DNA of 59,191 nucleotides, counting the filler. It is 5 parts of 5 records of this genome, joined end to end, with 100 filler letters (N's around TTAATTAATTAA, not from the genome) between each part and the next. Parts side by side here need not be neighbours in the genome. Positions count along the whole stretch, not along the records: positions 1 to 12,225 come from DRR723986_17953; positions 12,326 to 24,151 come from DRR723986_18031; 3 more parts are not named here. One strand, written 5' to 3'. Positions 8,944-17,269 of the stretch are shown piece after piece. The position numbers and the translations under genes were made by a program. The number at the start of each line of letters is the position of its first letter. Positions within the stretch are counted from its first letter, which is position 1. Under the pieces are notes generated by a model, which saw only the letters and a program-made list of their open reading frames with translations, did no database searches and was not told where the DNA came from.

Positions 8944-10830
8944 CTAGGGCCGCCTAACCTGCGGCGCTATCATCTTCTGCGGATCCAGCAGACTGTCAAG
9001 CGTATCCTGCGAGAGCAAACCCTTCTCCAACACCAACTCGTAAATCCCACGCTTGCTCTCCAGGGCTTCCTGAGCCAAAGCCGAAGATTGCTCATACCCC
9101 AGGATGGGATTTAACGCAGTGACTAGACTTGAGCTGTTGTGAACATAGGACAGACAGATGTCCTCGTTTGCTGTAATGCCCTTGACACAGCGATGTGCCA
9201 GGGTGTTCATTCCGTTCTTCAGCATCTGAACAGACTCAAAGATGCAGGCCCCTATTACAGGCACCATCACATTAAGTTGGAGCTGACCGGCCTCAGATGC
9301 AATGGTGACAGTCAAATTGTTGCCAATAACCTTAAACGCAATTTGATTTACAACCTCGGGAATGACCGGATTAACCTTACCGGGCATGATCGATGAACCC
9401 GGCTGCATTTTTGGCAAATTTATCTCATTGAAGCCCGCAGTCGGCCCGGATGAAAGCAGGCGTAGGTCATTACTGATCTTGGAAAGTTTGGACGCCAGGT
9501 GTTTCAGAGTCGAAGAATACATCACAAACCCGCTCGTATCCTGCGTAGCTTCAATCAGATTTCGCGAGCGGCGCACATTAATTCCACTGATTTCGCGCAA
9601 GTAAGCGATAGCCTTTTCCGTAAAACCTTCCGGTGCATTCAGGCCGGTACCGATGGCCGTGCCTCCAAGGTTTACAGCCAGCAAATAATCGGCATTTGTA
9701 TTCAAATGGTCAATCTCGTCTTCGAGCGTCACAGCAAAAGCTTCAAACTCCTGCCCCAGCGTCATCGGAACTGCATCCTGTAGCTGCGTACGCCCCAGCT
9801 TCAGCACTCCCGCAAATTCTACGGCCTTCTCCCGGAAGACGGCAATCAGATTTTCCAGCGTCTTGACCATCTCGCGATTACTGTAGATAATCGCAACCTT
9901 GAGTGCTGAGGGAATCGCGTCATTCGTCGATTGTGAGCGGTTTACATGGTTCAGCGGATGGCAGTATTTGTACTCTCCACGCGCCTTGCCCATGATTTCA
10001 AGCGCGCGATTCGCCAGGACTTCATTCGCGTTCATATTGATCGAAGTACCGGCGCCACCCTGGATCATATCAAGAATAAACTGGTGATGCAGTTTGCCGT
10101 TGATGATCTCACTGCCCGCTTCCCAGATCGCATCGGCCACCTCCTGGTCAATCAGTCCCAGGTCGGCGTTGGCACGTGCGGCAGACATTTTTACCATCGC
10201 TAGCGCATCAATCAGCCGCGGATAATGTGAAAGCGGAACACCCGTTATGTGGAAGTTTTCCTTGCCGCGCATCGTCTGCACACCATAGTATGCTTCCCAC
10301 GGCACCTTGCGCTCACCCAGTAAATCGTGCTCCGTACGTGTACGGCCGGACACATACTGCGCCGCCTCACGCACCAGATTTGTCGTCGCCTCCTGCATCC
10401 GCCGGGCGATCACCTGCACCAACCGTGGCATCATCTTGAGCTGGATATTGCTGTGCTCGCGGCAGAGCTGCTCAAAACGCTGGCGTGAAAACCATGCTAT
10501 CGTGACTTCGTCCACGGCACGTGCCGTAGTTGCGTGCGGTGATTCATCAAATAAGGCGCCCTCACCCAGGAAGTCACCCTTGCTGAAAGTGATGATCCGT
10601 TCGCTATTGCCAAATGCATTGTTTTTGATCAGCTCAATCCGGCCGTCAATAATTGCGATAAATCGCCGGCGCGCCTCGTTTTCGCGAAACAAATATGACC
10701 CTGCCGGAACGCTCTCAATGCTCATCGCAATTGCAATCTGAGTGTGTTCCTGTCTGCTCAGATCTTGAAACAATTCAATTGCGCTGATGATGTCAATGAT
10801 TCTGGATCCCGGCATGGGCGACTCCAACAA
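8944..10830 (-). CDS. aspA: Aspartate ammonia-lyase with an N-terminal cNMP-binding (Crp-like) domain
   Basis: RTEHDLLG, YYGVQTMR, GGAGTSINMNANEV, GRTQLQDAVP (AspA-type Q) and GSSIMPGKVNP. The first ~150 aa have a cNMP-domain pattern (LFRENE...GDFLGEGAL). Alternative start at ATG 10815. Confidence 0.9.
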   Translation of the reverse strand: MLESPMPGSRIIDIISAIELFQDLSRQEHTQIAIAMSIESVPAGSYLFRENEARRRFIAIIDGRIELIKNNAFGNSERIITFSKGDFLGEGALFDESPHATTARAVDEVTIAWFSRQRFEQLCREHSNIQLKMMPRLVQVIARRMQEATTNLVREAAQYVSGRTRTEHDLLGERKVPWEAYYGVQTMRGKENFHITGVPLSHYPRLIDALAMVKMSAARANADLGLIDQEVADAIWEAGSEIINGKLHHQFILDMIQGGAGTSINMNANEVLANRALEIMGKARGEYKYCHPLNHVNRSQSTNDAIPSALKVAIIYSNREMVKTLENLIAVFREKAVEFAGVLKLGRTQLQDAVPMTLGQEFEAFAVTLEDEIDHLNTNADYLLAVNLGGTAIGTGLNAPEGFTEKAIAYLREISGINVRRSRNLIEATQDTSGFVMYSSTLKHLASKLSKISNDLRLLSSGPTAGFNEINLPKMQPGSSIMPGKVNPVIPEVVNQIAFKVIGNNLTVTIASEAGQLQLNVMVPVIGACIFESVQMLKNGMNTLAHRCVKGITANEDICLSYVHNSSSLVTALNPILGYEQSSALAQEALESKRGIYELVLEKGLLSQDTLDSLLDPQKMIAPQVRRP

Positions 10831-11115
10831 AACCTCAAAGCAATAAAATTCGGCCAGTTTGGCCTGTTTGTGGCATGTAATTTAACATTCATTATCCGAG
10901 CAGCCCGCGTTCAGATAAAAAAAAATTGTCGCTAACGCGCTAAAATCCGCAAAACACCACAAGCGCCGGACGGTAATTTCCCATCCGGCGCTCTGTTTTA
11001 GACTCAAATTGAATCTCCTGTTGACCCTGGTATTCAGCTACATTCCTGGCGGGATTTTCAATCACTTGCTCAGCAGCAAGCGGGTGACTTTGCCTTCCAG
11101 CTGAACGCTCTATCC

Positions 11116-11160
11116 AAAAAACGAAAGGGGGCCACCGCAAATCACGGCCACCCCCATTTC
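11116..11160 (-). terminator. Intrinsic terminator closing the candidate ncRNA
   Basis: Minus strand GAAATGGGGGTGGCCGTG-ATT-TGCGGTGGCCCCCTTTC-GTTTTTT. Confidence 0.7.
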
Positions 11161-11597
11161 CACGTCACTCACATTATCTAAGGCCATCAATCTTGCCGCG
11201 CGCTACTATGCAGTGCAATTCCTATTTCAGCGTCCGGTGGTAAACATCTCCCCAGCCTTCTCCACATCGCCGTCCTTCAGCGCTTTGTCCTGAACGCTTC
11301 ATCCTCAAGGCTTGGTTCTCAAGGTTGCACCGTGGCGTGCGTTCACCATCTCACGACTCTCATATCTCGCGGCAAGTTGGCAAGGAACTCTTGACGATCT
11401 ACACTTCATGCTCCAGGATTAGCCCCCGGGTGTAACAGCTACCGACTGCCTGGTTACGGCTTGCCGGGAGTGACGTCATGGTTCACATCCGGCAGTGAAG
11501 TCTCGCGTAATTTATGTGTTAATGTTCAAGCTTCACTGCTCTGGATGTCTCGTTGAGCAAGACTTTGATTCTTCTGCTATCTCTCGTCTCACTCAAC
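11116..11597 (-). ncRNA. Candidate large structured non-coding RNA (~480 nt), family not recognised
   Basis: No credible ORF. Nested helices: 11586-11597/11552-11563, 11531-11548/11485-11500, 11468-11476/11162-11170, 11460-11465/11379-11384, 11368-11376/11192-11200, 11341-11348/11238-11245. G-U wobbles fit the minus strand. Ends in a terminator. Confidence 0.6.
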
Positions 11598-11890
11598 AGC
11601 AAAATAGCACTTAAACAGCAACTGTTTTATGACGGTTCTCAGCTTTAAAGCTGTTTTTTATCCATGTACTCAGGGGGCATTTCCAATGTGTTAACAGTGA
11701 TTTACAGGTGATTTAGATGCTGAACGCGGCTCATCTGCATTGGCCGCTTTTGAATTTTTTTGTTAGTCACTGCGCTGGAAATCTACAGCAGTGCAGTACG
11801 CTAAAATTCCGCTAGTTGACCGGCCGCAATGCTGGTCTTTACAGGCTCAGTTCAGCGGCAATTGTGTGATGCCTGATCTTTTGTCTGGGC

Positions 11891-11938
11891 GGGTTTTGGT
11901 CCAGGTTTTAGTACAGATTTTAGCATGGGTTTTGGTCC
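11891..11938. repeat. Four degenerate 12-nt tandem units
   Basis: GGGTTTTGGTCC / AGGTTTTAGTAC / AGATTTTAGCAT / GGGTTTTGGTCC. Confidence 0.6.
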
Positions 11939-11973
11939 AAAGATTAACCGAGATATTTAGGGTCGGCTAATTG

Positions 11974-12012
11974 CAGAGCAGCCGCCTGCAAGTCATGCAG
12001 GCGGCTGCTCTG
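11974..12012. repeat. Perfect 17-bp inverted repeat (terminator-like or REP-like hairpin)
   Basis: CAGAGCAGCCGCCTGCA-AGTCA-TGCAGGCGGCTGCTCTG, followed by TTT on the plus strand. Confidence 0.75.
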
Positions 12013-12225
12013 TTTAAGTATAGTGTGAGATCAGCGGTCTGCCTCAGCGGACTAACTTCTGTCATAGCGCCGCCGGAGGTGATGGTCTAGTGGGTAAAGA
12101 GCGAAATTCGGTAACGAACAATTGCATCTTGTATCGTAACGATGTGCATACGGCCTACGTCGATAATTCAGTTAATCGCGCATGGGGTTTGTAGCCCAGT
12201 CATAGAGACTTGGGACTAGAACCAT

Positions 12226-12325
12226 NNNNNNNNNNNNNNNNNNNNNNNNNNNNNNNNNNNNNNNNNNNNTTAATTAATTAANNNNNNNNNNNNNNNNNNN
12301 NNNNNNNNNNNNNNNNNNNNNNNNN
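12226..12325. other. Artificial contig linker
   Basis: N44-TTAATTAATTAA-N44, with stops in all six frames. Confidence 0.98.
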
Positions 12326-13314
12326 GCCACCTTACTGGTAGAAAAGCGGATATACATAATATTTTATTTTGGTTTGTGGACTTGAAAATAGTTAAAGGCA
12401 AATTTTTAGCCAGCTTGAAAAATTGCACTGCAGCGACATTTTAGCCCATTGATGATACTCTGCGGGTCAAATACTGCTTAATATGTTGCTAAATATCCCA
12501 CAATCTCTTTTCTCTACCGGAAGGGCAGCTAACAACAAATTGATTAGACCAAGCGATAGAGTAGCTTGGACTTTACCCCGACTAAGCGTAGAAAGGCCTT
12601 GAGCTCACTAGGTTTAGATTATATCTATACCTATCCAATCCAATTTTTAATTGGTCACCTAGATCAAAATCAATTACAATTCGAAAAGTACAGTTGGGTG
12701 AAGTTGCATCTAGAAATTATTTGGATGCACCCAGCCGATATTACATTCATCCTATTTAACCTTGGCCAATTTGAGCATAGTAAGATTACATCATAGTTGA
12801 ATCTCACATCTACCTTCAGAAGGCAATTAATTACCTTCTGAGGATAACTTTTTAATCGAGTAGCAAAGAAAGGATCCTTGTGAAGAGAACAAGTTTTGCT
12901 TTTTACATAATTAATTCTCCTCCGAATGTAATTTTTCAAGAAAAAATACTTTTTATTTTAAAGAAGTAATACCCTAGAATCCGGCGTTTTTCTGGCAAAA
13001 GCTTAAATCTATCCAAAAAATTATTTAAAAGGCCAAAAGAGGTTAAATAAATATTTTATGTAAGTACTATTTTTTATCTTCAATCTTAAGGTAATATTAA
13101 GATTTAACACAACCATTGACTTAATTTTTTACGTAAACCACTTCCATAGACTAGTTCTTTTGAGATAAGTCCTGAAAAGTTGGCGTGATTTTGGTTTTAG
13201 TATGCATGCATCCTTTTTATAGAAAATTGCATCTACCTAAATAGGAAGCCTTAGAAAGCCAACAACCGGAAAGAAATACCAAACCAATATTATTTACACC
13301 TAAACCCACTAAAT

Positions 13315-14736
13315 ATGAAAACGCTACAAGTACCAAACTGGATGAGAAACTTGATGATGGGCTTTGTCGCTTTGCTTTGGCTTAGCCCATCTGATGCCTC
13401 AGCTGATGACATGAACGGTGTCTCATTTCAAGTATTCTATGACGAACTGATGCCTTATGGTGATTGGGTCAAAGATGGCCGTTATGGCTACGTATGGTTA
13501 CCTGCTGTGTACGATGATTTCCATCCTTATGGAACTAACGGGCACTGGGTAATGACGGAATATGGAAATACCTGGGTTTCGGATTACGATTGGGGTTGGG
13601 CGACATTTCACTACGGTAGATGGTATTATGATGACAATTTCCGTAGCTGGGCTTGGATTCCTGATTATGACTGGGGGCCAGCCTGGGTGGACTGGAGAAC
13701 TGGTGGCGGATATTACGGATGGGCACCTATGGGCCCTGGATTCTCTGTCAGCGTGAGAGTGAACATTCCTTCCCTTTACTGGATCTTTGTGCCACAAAAT
13801 AGATTTGCCTACCGTAATGTGTACAATTACTATGTGCCTTATGCTAAAAGAGTCAAAATCTATAACAATACCACAATCATTAATAACACGGTAGTTTATA
13901 ATAACAACCGATACTATGCAGGACCTTCAAGAAGAGAGATCCAGCGCGTAACTAGATCAACCTATCCTGTACACAGAGTGCAGTCTGCAAGAGCTGCAGG
14001 GAGAAATACTGTAGCCAGAAATACTGTTAATGTATATAGACCAGACTTAAACAGCGGCGGAAGAACAACCACTGCAGCTAGACCTTCTAGAGTACTTGCT
14101 AACGGACAAAGCAGAACGCAACCTGCGTCCGTACCATCCAGAGGAAATAGCAGAACAGAAACTGTATCCGGAAGATCAGCTACTACTCCTGCAGGAACCA
14201 GATCTAGCGAAAGAACTTCCTCTTCCCGTTCTAGCAACTCAGAAGTGAGAACCACTACCCCATCGTCTAGCCGTGGTGGAAGTTTTGAGACAAAGCCGTA
14301 CTCCGGACCTCAAACTAGAACCGCTACGCCTAGCAACTCTAGAAGTAGTGAAACTAGAACTTCTACTCCGTCAAGCAGAGAGTCCCAGACTAGATCTAAT
14401 CCTACGAGAACACAAAGTTCTGCTCCTGCTCAACGATCTAATGAATCTAGAACTCAGCCAGCTCCTACTCAGCGTTCGACTCAGCCAAGAACTCAATCTG
14501 CTCCTGCGCAGCGTTCGACTCAATCTAGGACACAGCCAAGTAGCTCTTCTAGACCTGTAGTAAAGTCTAGTGCACCTACGAGATCAACTCAGTCCAGAAC
14601 TCAGTCTTCCTCGAGTAGATCAACTCCTCAGGTAAAAAGCGCGCCTTCAAGGTCTTCTACCCCTACCAAGAGTTCAAGTAGAACAACTACTAGTTCTTCT
14701 TCAAGAACCACTTCAAAAACAAGAGGAAATAATTAA
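13315..14736 (+). CDS. DUF6600-like secreted protein with a Ser/Arg/Thr-rich disordered tail
   Basis: Signal peptide. PYGDW...YGYVWLP...PY..NGHW...WGWATFHYGRW...WGPAWVDWR..GGYYGWAP. Low-complexity C-terminal half. Confidence 0.8.
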   Translation: MKTLQVPNWMRNLMMGFVALLWLSPSDASADDMNGVSFQVFYDELMPYGDWVKDGRYGYVWLPAVYDDFHPYGTNGHWVMTEYGNTWVSDYDWGWATFHYGRWYYDDNFRSWAWIPDYDWGPAWVDWRTGGGYYGWAPMGPGFSVSVRVNIPSLYWIFVPQNRFAYRNVYNYYVPYAKRVKIYNNTTIINNTVVYNNNRYYAGPSRREIQRVTRSTYPVHRVQSARAAGRNTVARNTVNVYRPDLNSGGRTTTAARPSRVLANGQSRTQPASVPSRGNSRTETVSGRSATTPAGTRSSERTSSSRSSNSEVRTTTPSSSRGGSFETKPYSGPQTRTATPSNSRSSETRTSTPSSRESQTRSNPTRTQSSAPAQRSNESRTQPAPTQRSTQPRTQSAPAQRSTQSRTQPSSSSRPVVKSSAPTRSTQSRTQSSSSRSTPQVKSAPSRSSTPTKSSSRTTTSSSSRTTSKTRGNN

Positions 14737-14755
14737 ACCCAGTTAAACCAAAGTG

Positions 14756-14787
14756 AAAAGGATAGCCAAATGGCTATCCTTTTTTTT
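14756..14787 (+). terminator. Intrinsic terminator
   Basis: AAAAGGATAGCCA-AA-TGGCTATCCTTTTTTTT. Confidence 0.85.
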
Positions 14788-14832
14788 AGCCTACAAGCGT
14801 ACTTAGAAAAGTCCATTTTATGAAATAGGAAA

Positions 14833-14858
14833 GTCCCTTAGGGACGAAATATGGGTAG
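14833..14858. repeat. REP-like palindromic element
   Basis: GTCCCTTAGGGAC-GAAATATGGGTAG. Same architecture as 17014-17039. Confidence 0.6.
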
Positions 14859-15087
14859 AAAAAGGGGAATATTTATTTTTTGCTTTTTGGCAGAAAAGGA
14901 GTGAATTAAGAAGAAGATTTTTCGCCAAAAACAGTTGATGTATGATAAAGGAAATGAAATAAGCATCGCTCTTCAAGGGCTCATATTATGATTTAATAAA
15001 TTTGTCCAACAAGCTATTGGACTTGCACCTTATCTTCTTGCTTACCTAAAAGTAGAACAGCATTCAACGGAGGACACTACTCAAACA

Positions 15088-15151
15088 GATTGCTTCAGGG
15101 CAAAATCATTATTGAATTAAATAAACTCTTCGTATGCCCTTCGCAATGACG
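15088..15151. repeat. CGTC-type REP-like palindrome with an expanded loop
   Basis: GATTGCTTC-AGGGCA...TGCCCT-TCGCAATGACG, resembling the gattgcttc...cgcaatgac repeats common in Bacteroidota. Confidence 0.5.
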
Positions 15152-15243
15152 AAAACCAAAACAAACAAAAGAATCCAGTCTTTGATTAAAGCGACACAAC
15201 AAACCCATCTTACCAAATAAAATTTCGAATTGCAGTTTTTGTC

Positions 15244-15251
15244 TATCTTTG
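15244..15251 (+). promoter_or_regulatory. Bacteroidota-type -7 promoter element upstream of sulP
   Basis: TATCTTTG matches TAnnTTTG. No well-spaced -33 element seen. Confidence 0.5.
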
Positions 15252-15300
15252 CAGCTTGTTTTCAACACACGCGACCTCAGTCGTCAAACCTATTCACACC

Positions 15301-16830
15301 TTGAAACAATACTTCAACTTATTCGACTTCAGTCAAAAGGTAGATTACAAAACCGAAGTTCTCTCTGGACTTACGGTTGCCATGGCGCTTATTCCTGAGG
15401 CAGTTGCCTTTGCATTGATTGCCGGACTTTCCCCATTGACTGGCTTATATGCCGCATTTATGATGGGATTGGTCACTTCCATTTTGGGAGGTCGTCCAGG
15501 AATGATCTCTGGTGCTACCGGCGCTGTAGCTGTGGTAATCGTCACATTGGCAGCTACCCACGGCGTAGAATATGTATTCGCTGCAGTTGTACTTGCAGGC
15601 ATTCTTCAGGTTTCTGCTGGAGCTTTGAAACTAGGAAAACTCATGCGCCTGGTGCCACATCCGGTGATTTTTGGATTTGTTAATGGCCTTGCCATTATCA
15701 TTTTTATGTCCCAATTGGATCAGTTCAAAGATGCTAGCGGTGCTTGGCTGACAGGTTCTTCACTTTATATTTTGCTTGGCTTTGTGCTGTTGACTATGTT
15801 GATCATATGGGGATTACCAAAGCTAACCAAAGCTGTTCCTGCTTCCTTGACAGCCATTTTGGTTGTTTTCGGACTAGTAACTGTCTTAAATATCGACACC
15901 AAAACCGTAGGTGATATTGCCGCTATCAAAGGTGGCTTCCCTCCTTTTCACCTTCCTGCTGTACCATTGACATGGGAGACCTTACAGATCATTTTCCCGT
16001 ATGCTGCAATTGTAGCAGGTGTAGGTTTGATCGAAAGTTTATTGACTTTGAATATCATTGACGAAATCACCGAAACCCGTGGACGTGGAAACAAAGAAGC
16101 AGTAGCTCAAGGCGTAGCAAATATGCTTTCCGGTGTATTCTCTGGAATGGGTGGTTGTGCTATGATTGGTCAGAGTTTGATCAATATTTCATCCGGTGCA
16201 AGGGCGAGACTTTCGGGCATAGTTGCTTCTGTGATGCTATTGGTATTCATCATGTTTGGATCCAGCTTGATCGAGCAGATGCCAATGGCAGCATTGACAG
16301 GACTGATGATCATGGTATCCATTGGAACATTTGAATGGGCTAGCTTGAGAACCTTCACCAAAATGCCAAAATCAGATGTTTTCCTGATGGTTTTGGTAAC
16401 GCTAATTACTGCGTTTCTACACAATTTGGCATTGGCAGTACTGGTAGGCGTGATCTTAGCAGCCTTGTTTTTCGCTTGGGATAACGCCAAAAGAATCCGT
16501 GCAAGAAAGAATATCGATGCCAACGGAGTGAAGCACTACGAAATGTTTGGCCCATTATTCTTTGGATCAATCGCTGCTTTCAATGAGAAATTTGACGTGC
16601 TCAATGATCCGGCAGAAGTGATCATAGACTTTCAGGAAAGTCGTGTAGTTGATATGTCAGCCATTGAAGCCTTGAATAAATTGACGGAGCGCTATCACAA
16701 GGTTGGTAAAAAAGTACACTTGAAGCACCTAAGTCCTGACTGTAGAAGACTGCTGGAAAACGCAGATGAACTCATCGATATTAATGTAATCGAAGACCCT
16801 ACGTATAAATTGGCGGTGGATAAGGTTTGA
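15301..16830 (+). CDS. sulP: SulP family anion transporter with STAS domain
   Basis: ALIPEAVAFALIAG, GGRPGMISGATG, GMGGCAMIGQS and a C-terminal STAS (GPLFFGS...D.SAIEAL). TTG start; the ORF track starts at 15256. Confidence 0.93.
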   Translation: MKQYFNLFDFSQKVDYKTEVLSGLTVAMALIPEAVAFALIAGLSPLTGLYAAFMMGLVTSILGGRPGMISGATGAVAVVIVTLAATHGVEYVFAAVVLAGILQVSAGALKLGKLMRLVPHPVIFGFVNGLAIIIFMSQLDQFKDASGAWLTGSSLYILLGFVLLTMLIIWGLPKLTKAVPASLTAILVVFGLVTVLNIDTKTVGDIAAIKGGFPPFHLPAVPLTWETLQIIFPYAAIVAGVGLIESLLTLNIIDEITETRGRGNKEAVAQGVANMLSGVFSGMGGCAMIGQSLINISSGARARLSGIVASVMLLVFIMFGSSLIEQMPMAALTGLMIMVSIGTFEWASLRTFTKMPKSDVFLMVLVTLITAFLHNLALAVLVGVILAALFFAWDNAKRIRARKNIDANGVKHYEMFGPLFFGSIAAFNEKFDVLNDPAEVIIDFQESRVVDMSAIEALNKLTERYHKVGKKVHLKHLSPDCRRLLENADELIDINVIEDPTYKLAVDKV

Positions 16831-16900
16831 TTTTTAACCGCAAAGATTCGCAGAGGACACGGATAAAACCGCCCTCAGCTCAATAAGATATATTAAACTG

Positions 16901-16929
16901 AAAAGGGAAGTTGATCGACTTCCCTTTTT
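16901..16929 (+). terminator. Intrinsic terminator, probably bidirectional
   Basis: AAAAGGGAAGT-TGATCG-ACTTCCCTTTTT. Confidence 0.85.
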
Positions 16930-17013
16930 GTATTTCATCATAGATCAATCCTATTTTCCCCAATGAGTATAATTCATCGCTGGCGATCTCTCGCGACTTT
17001 AGGAAGTAACACT

Positions 17014-17170
17014 GCCCCGTCGGGGCAAACTATGGGTAGCTTTTGAATGATTTAATATAATGCTGTGCCTTTAGGTACAGCTTTAAAATTGTTAATACAG
17101 GCCCGTACCTAAAGGCTCTGCTGGTTTTCTCTTTTCTATTTTTCTATCCACAGCTAGTCCCTGACCGGAC
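17014..17170. repeat. Composite inverted REP doublet (REPIN/BIME-like)
   Basis: 17014-17039 GCCCCGTCGGGGC-AAACTATGGGTAG, a degenerate inverted copy at 17144-17170, and an inner perfect 12-bp inverted repeat at 17067-17078/17105-17116. Confidence 0.6.
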
Positions 17171-17269
17171 AACTGTATGGTAGATTTTTAGCCGCTCAGC
17201 TTAGCCTCAATTCGTCTCTCACGAAAGAATTTAGAATAAAAACCTATTCTCGAATCTCAAACCAGCCCA

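Noticed and set aside
10940-11140. 66-aa minus-strand ORF upstream of aspA
   Set aside because: It starts inside the terminator stem and has no recognisable features, so it is not supported as a leader peptide.
11116-11597. Assignment of the structured RNA to RNase P, tmRNA, SRP, glycine/c-di-AMP/cobalamin riboswitch, T-box, group II intron or retron
   Set aside because: Hallmark motifs were not found by eye (GAGGAAAGTCC, tRNA-like ends with CCA, the SRP GGAA loop context, domain V, T-box), and no RT gene lies on the contig. An Rfam scan is still needed.
12270-12281. TTAATTAATTAA palindrome, repeated four times in the window
   Set aside because: Always centred in N-runs of identical length. 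It is a synthetic six-frame-stop linker, not biology.
12326-13314. About 1 kb AT-rich region with ORFs 12566-12796 and 12670-12939, and a possible gene start (MYIRFSTSKV, minus strand, 12357)
   Set aside because: The ORFs overlap on opposite strands with no motifs, and the edge fragment is too short to call.
14400-14540. Tandem repeats as a possible CRISPR array
   Set aside because: They are in-frame coding repeats without unique spacers, and no cas genes occur in the window.
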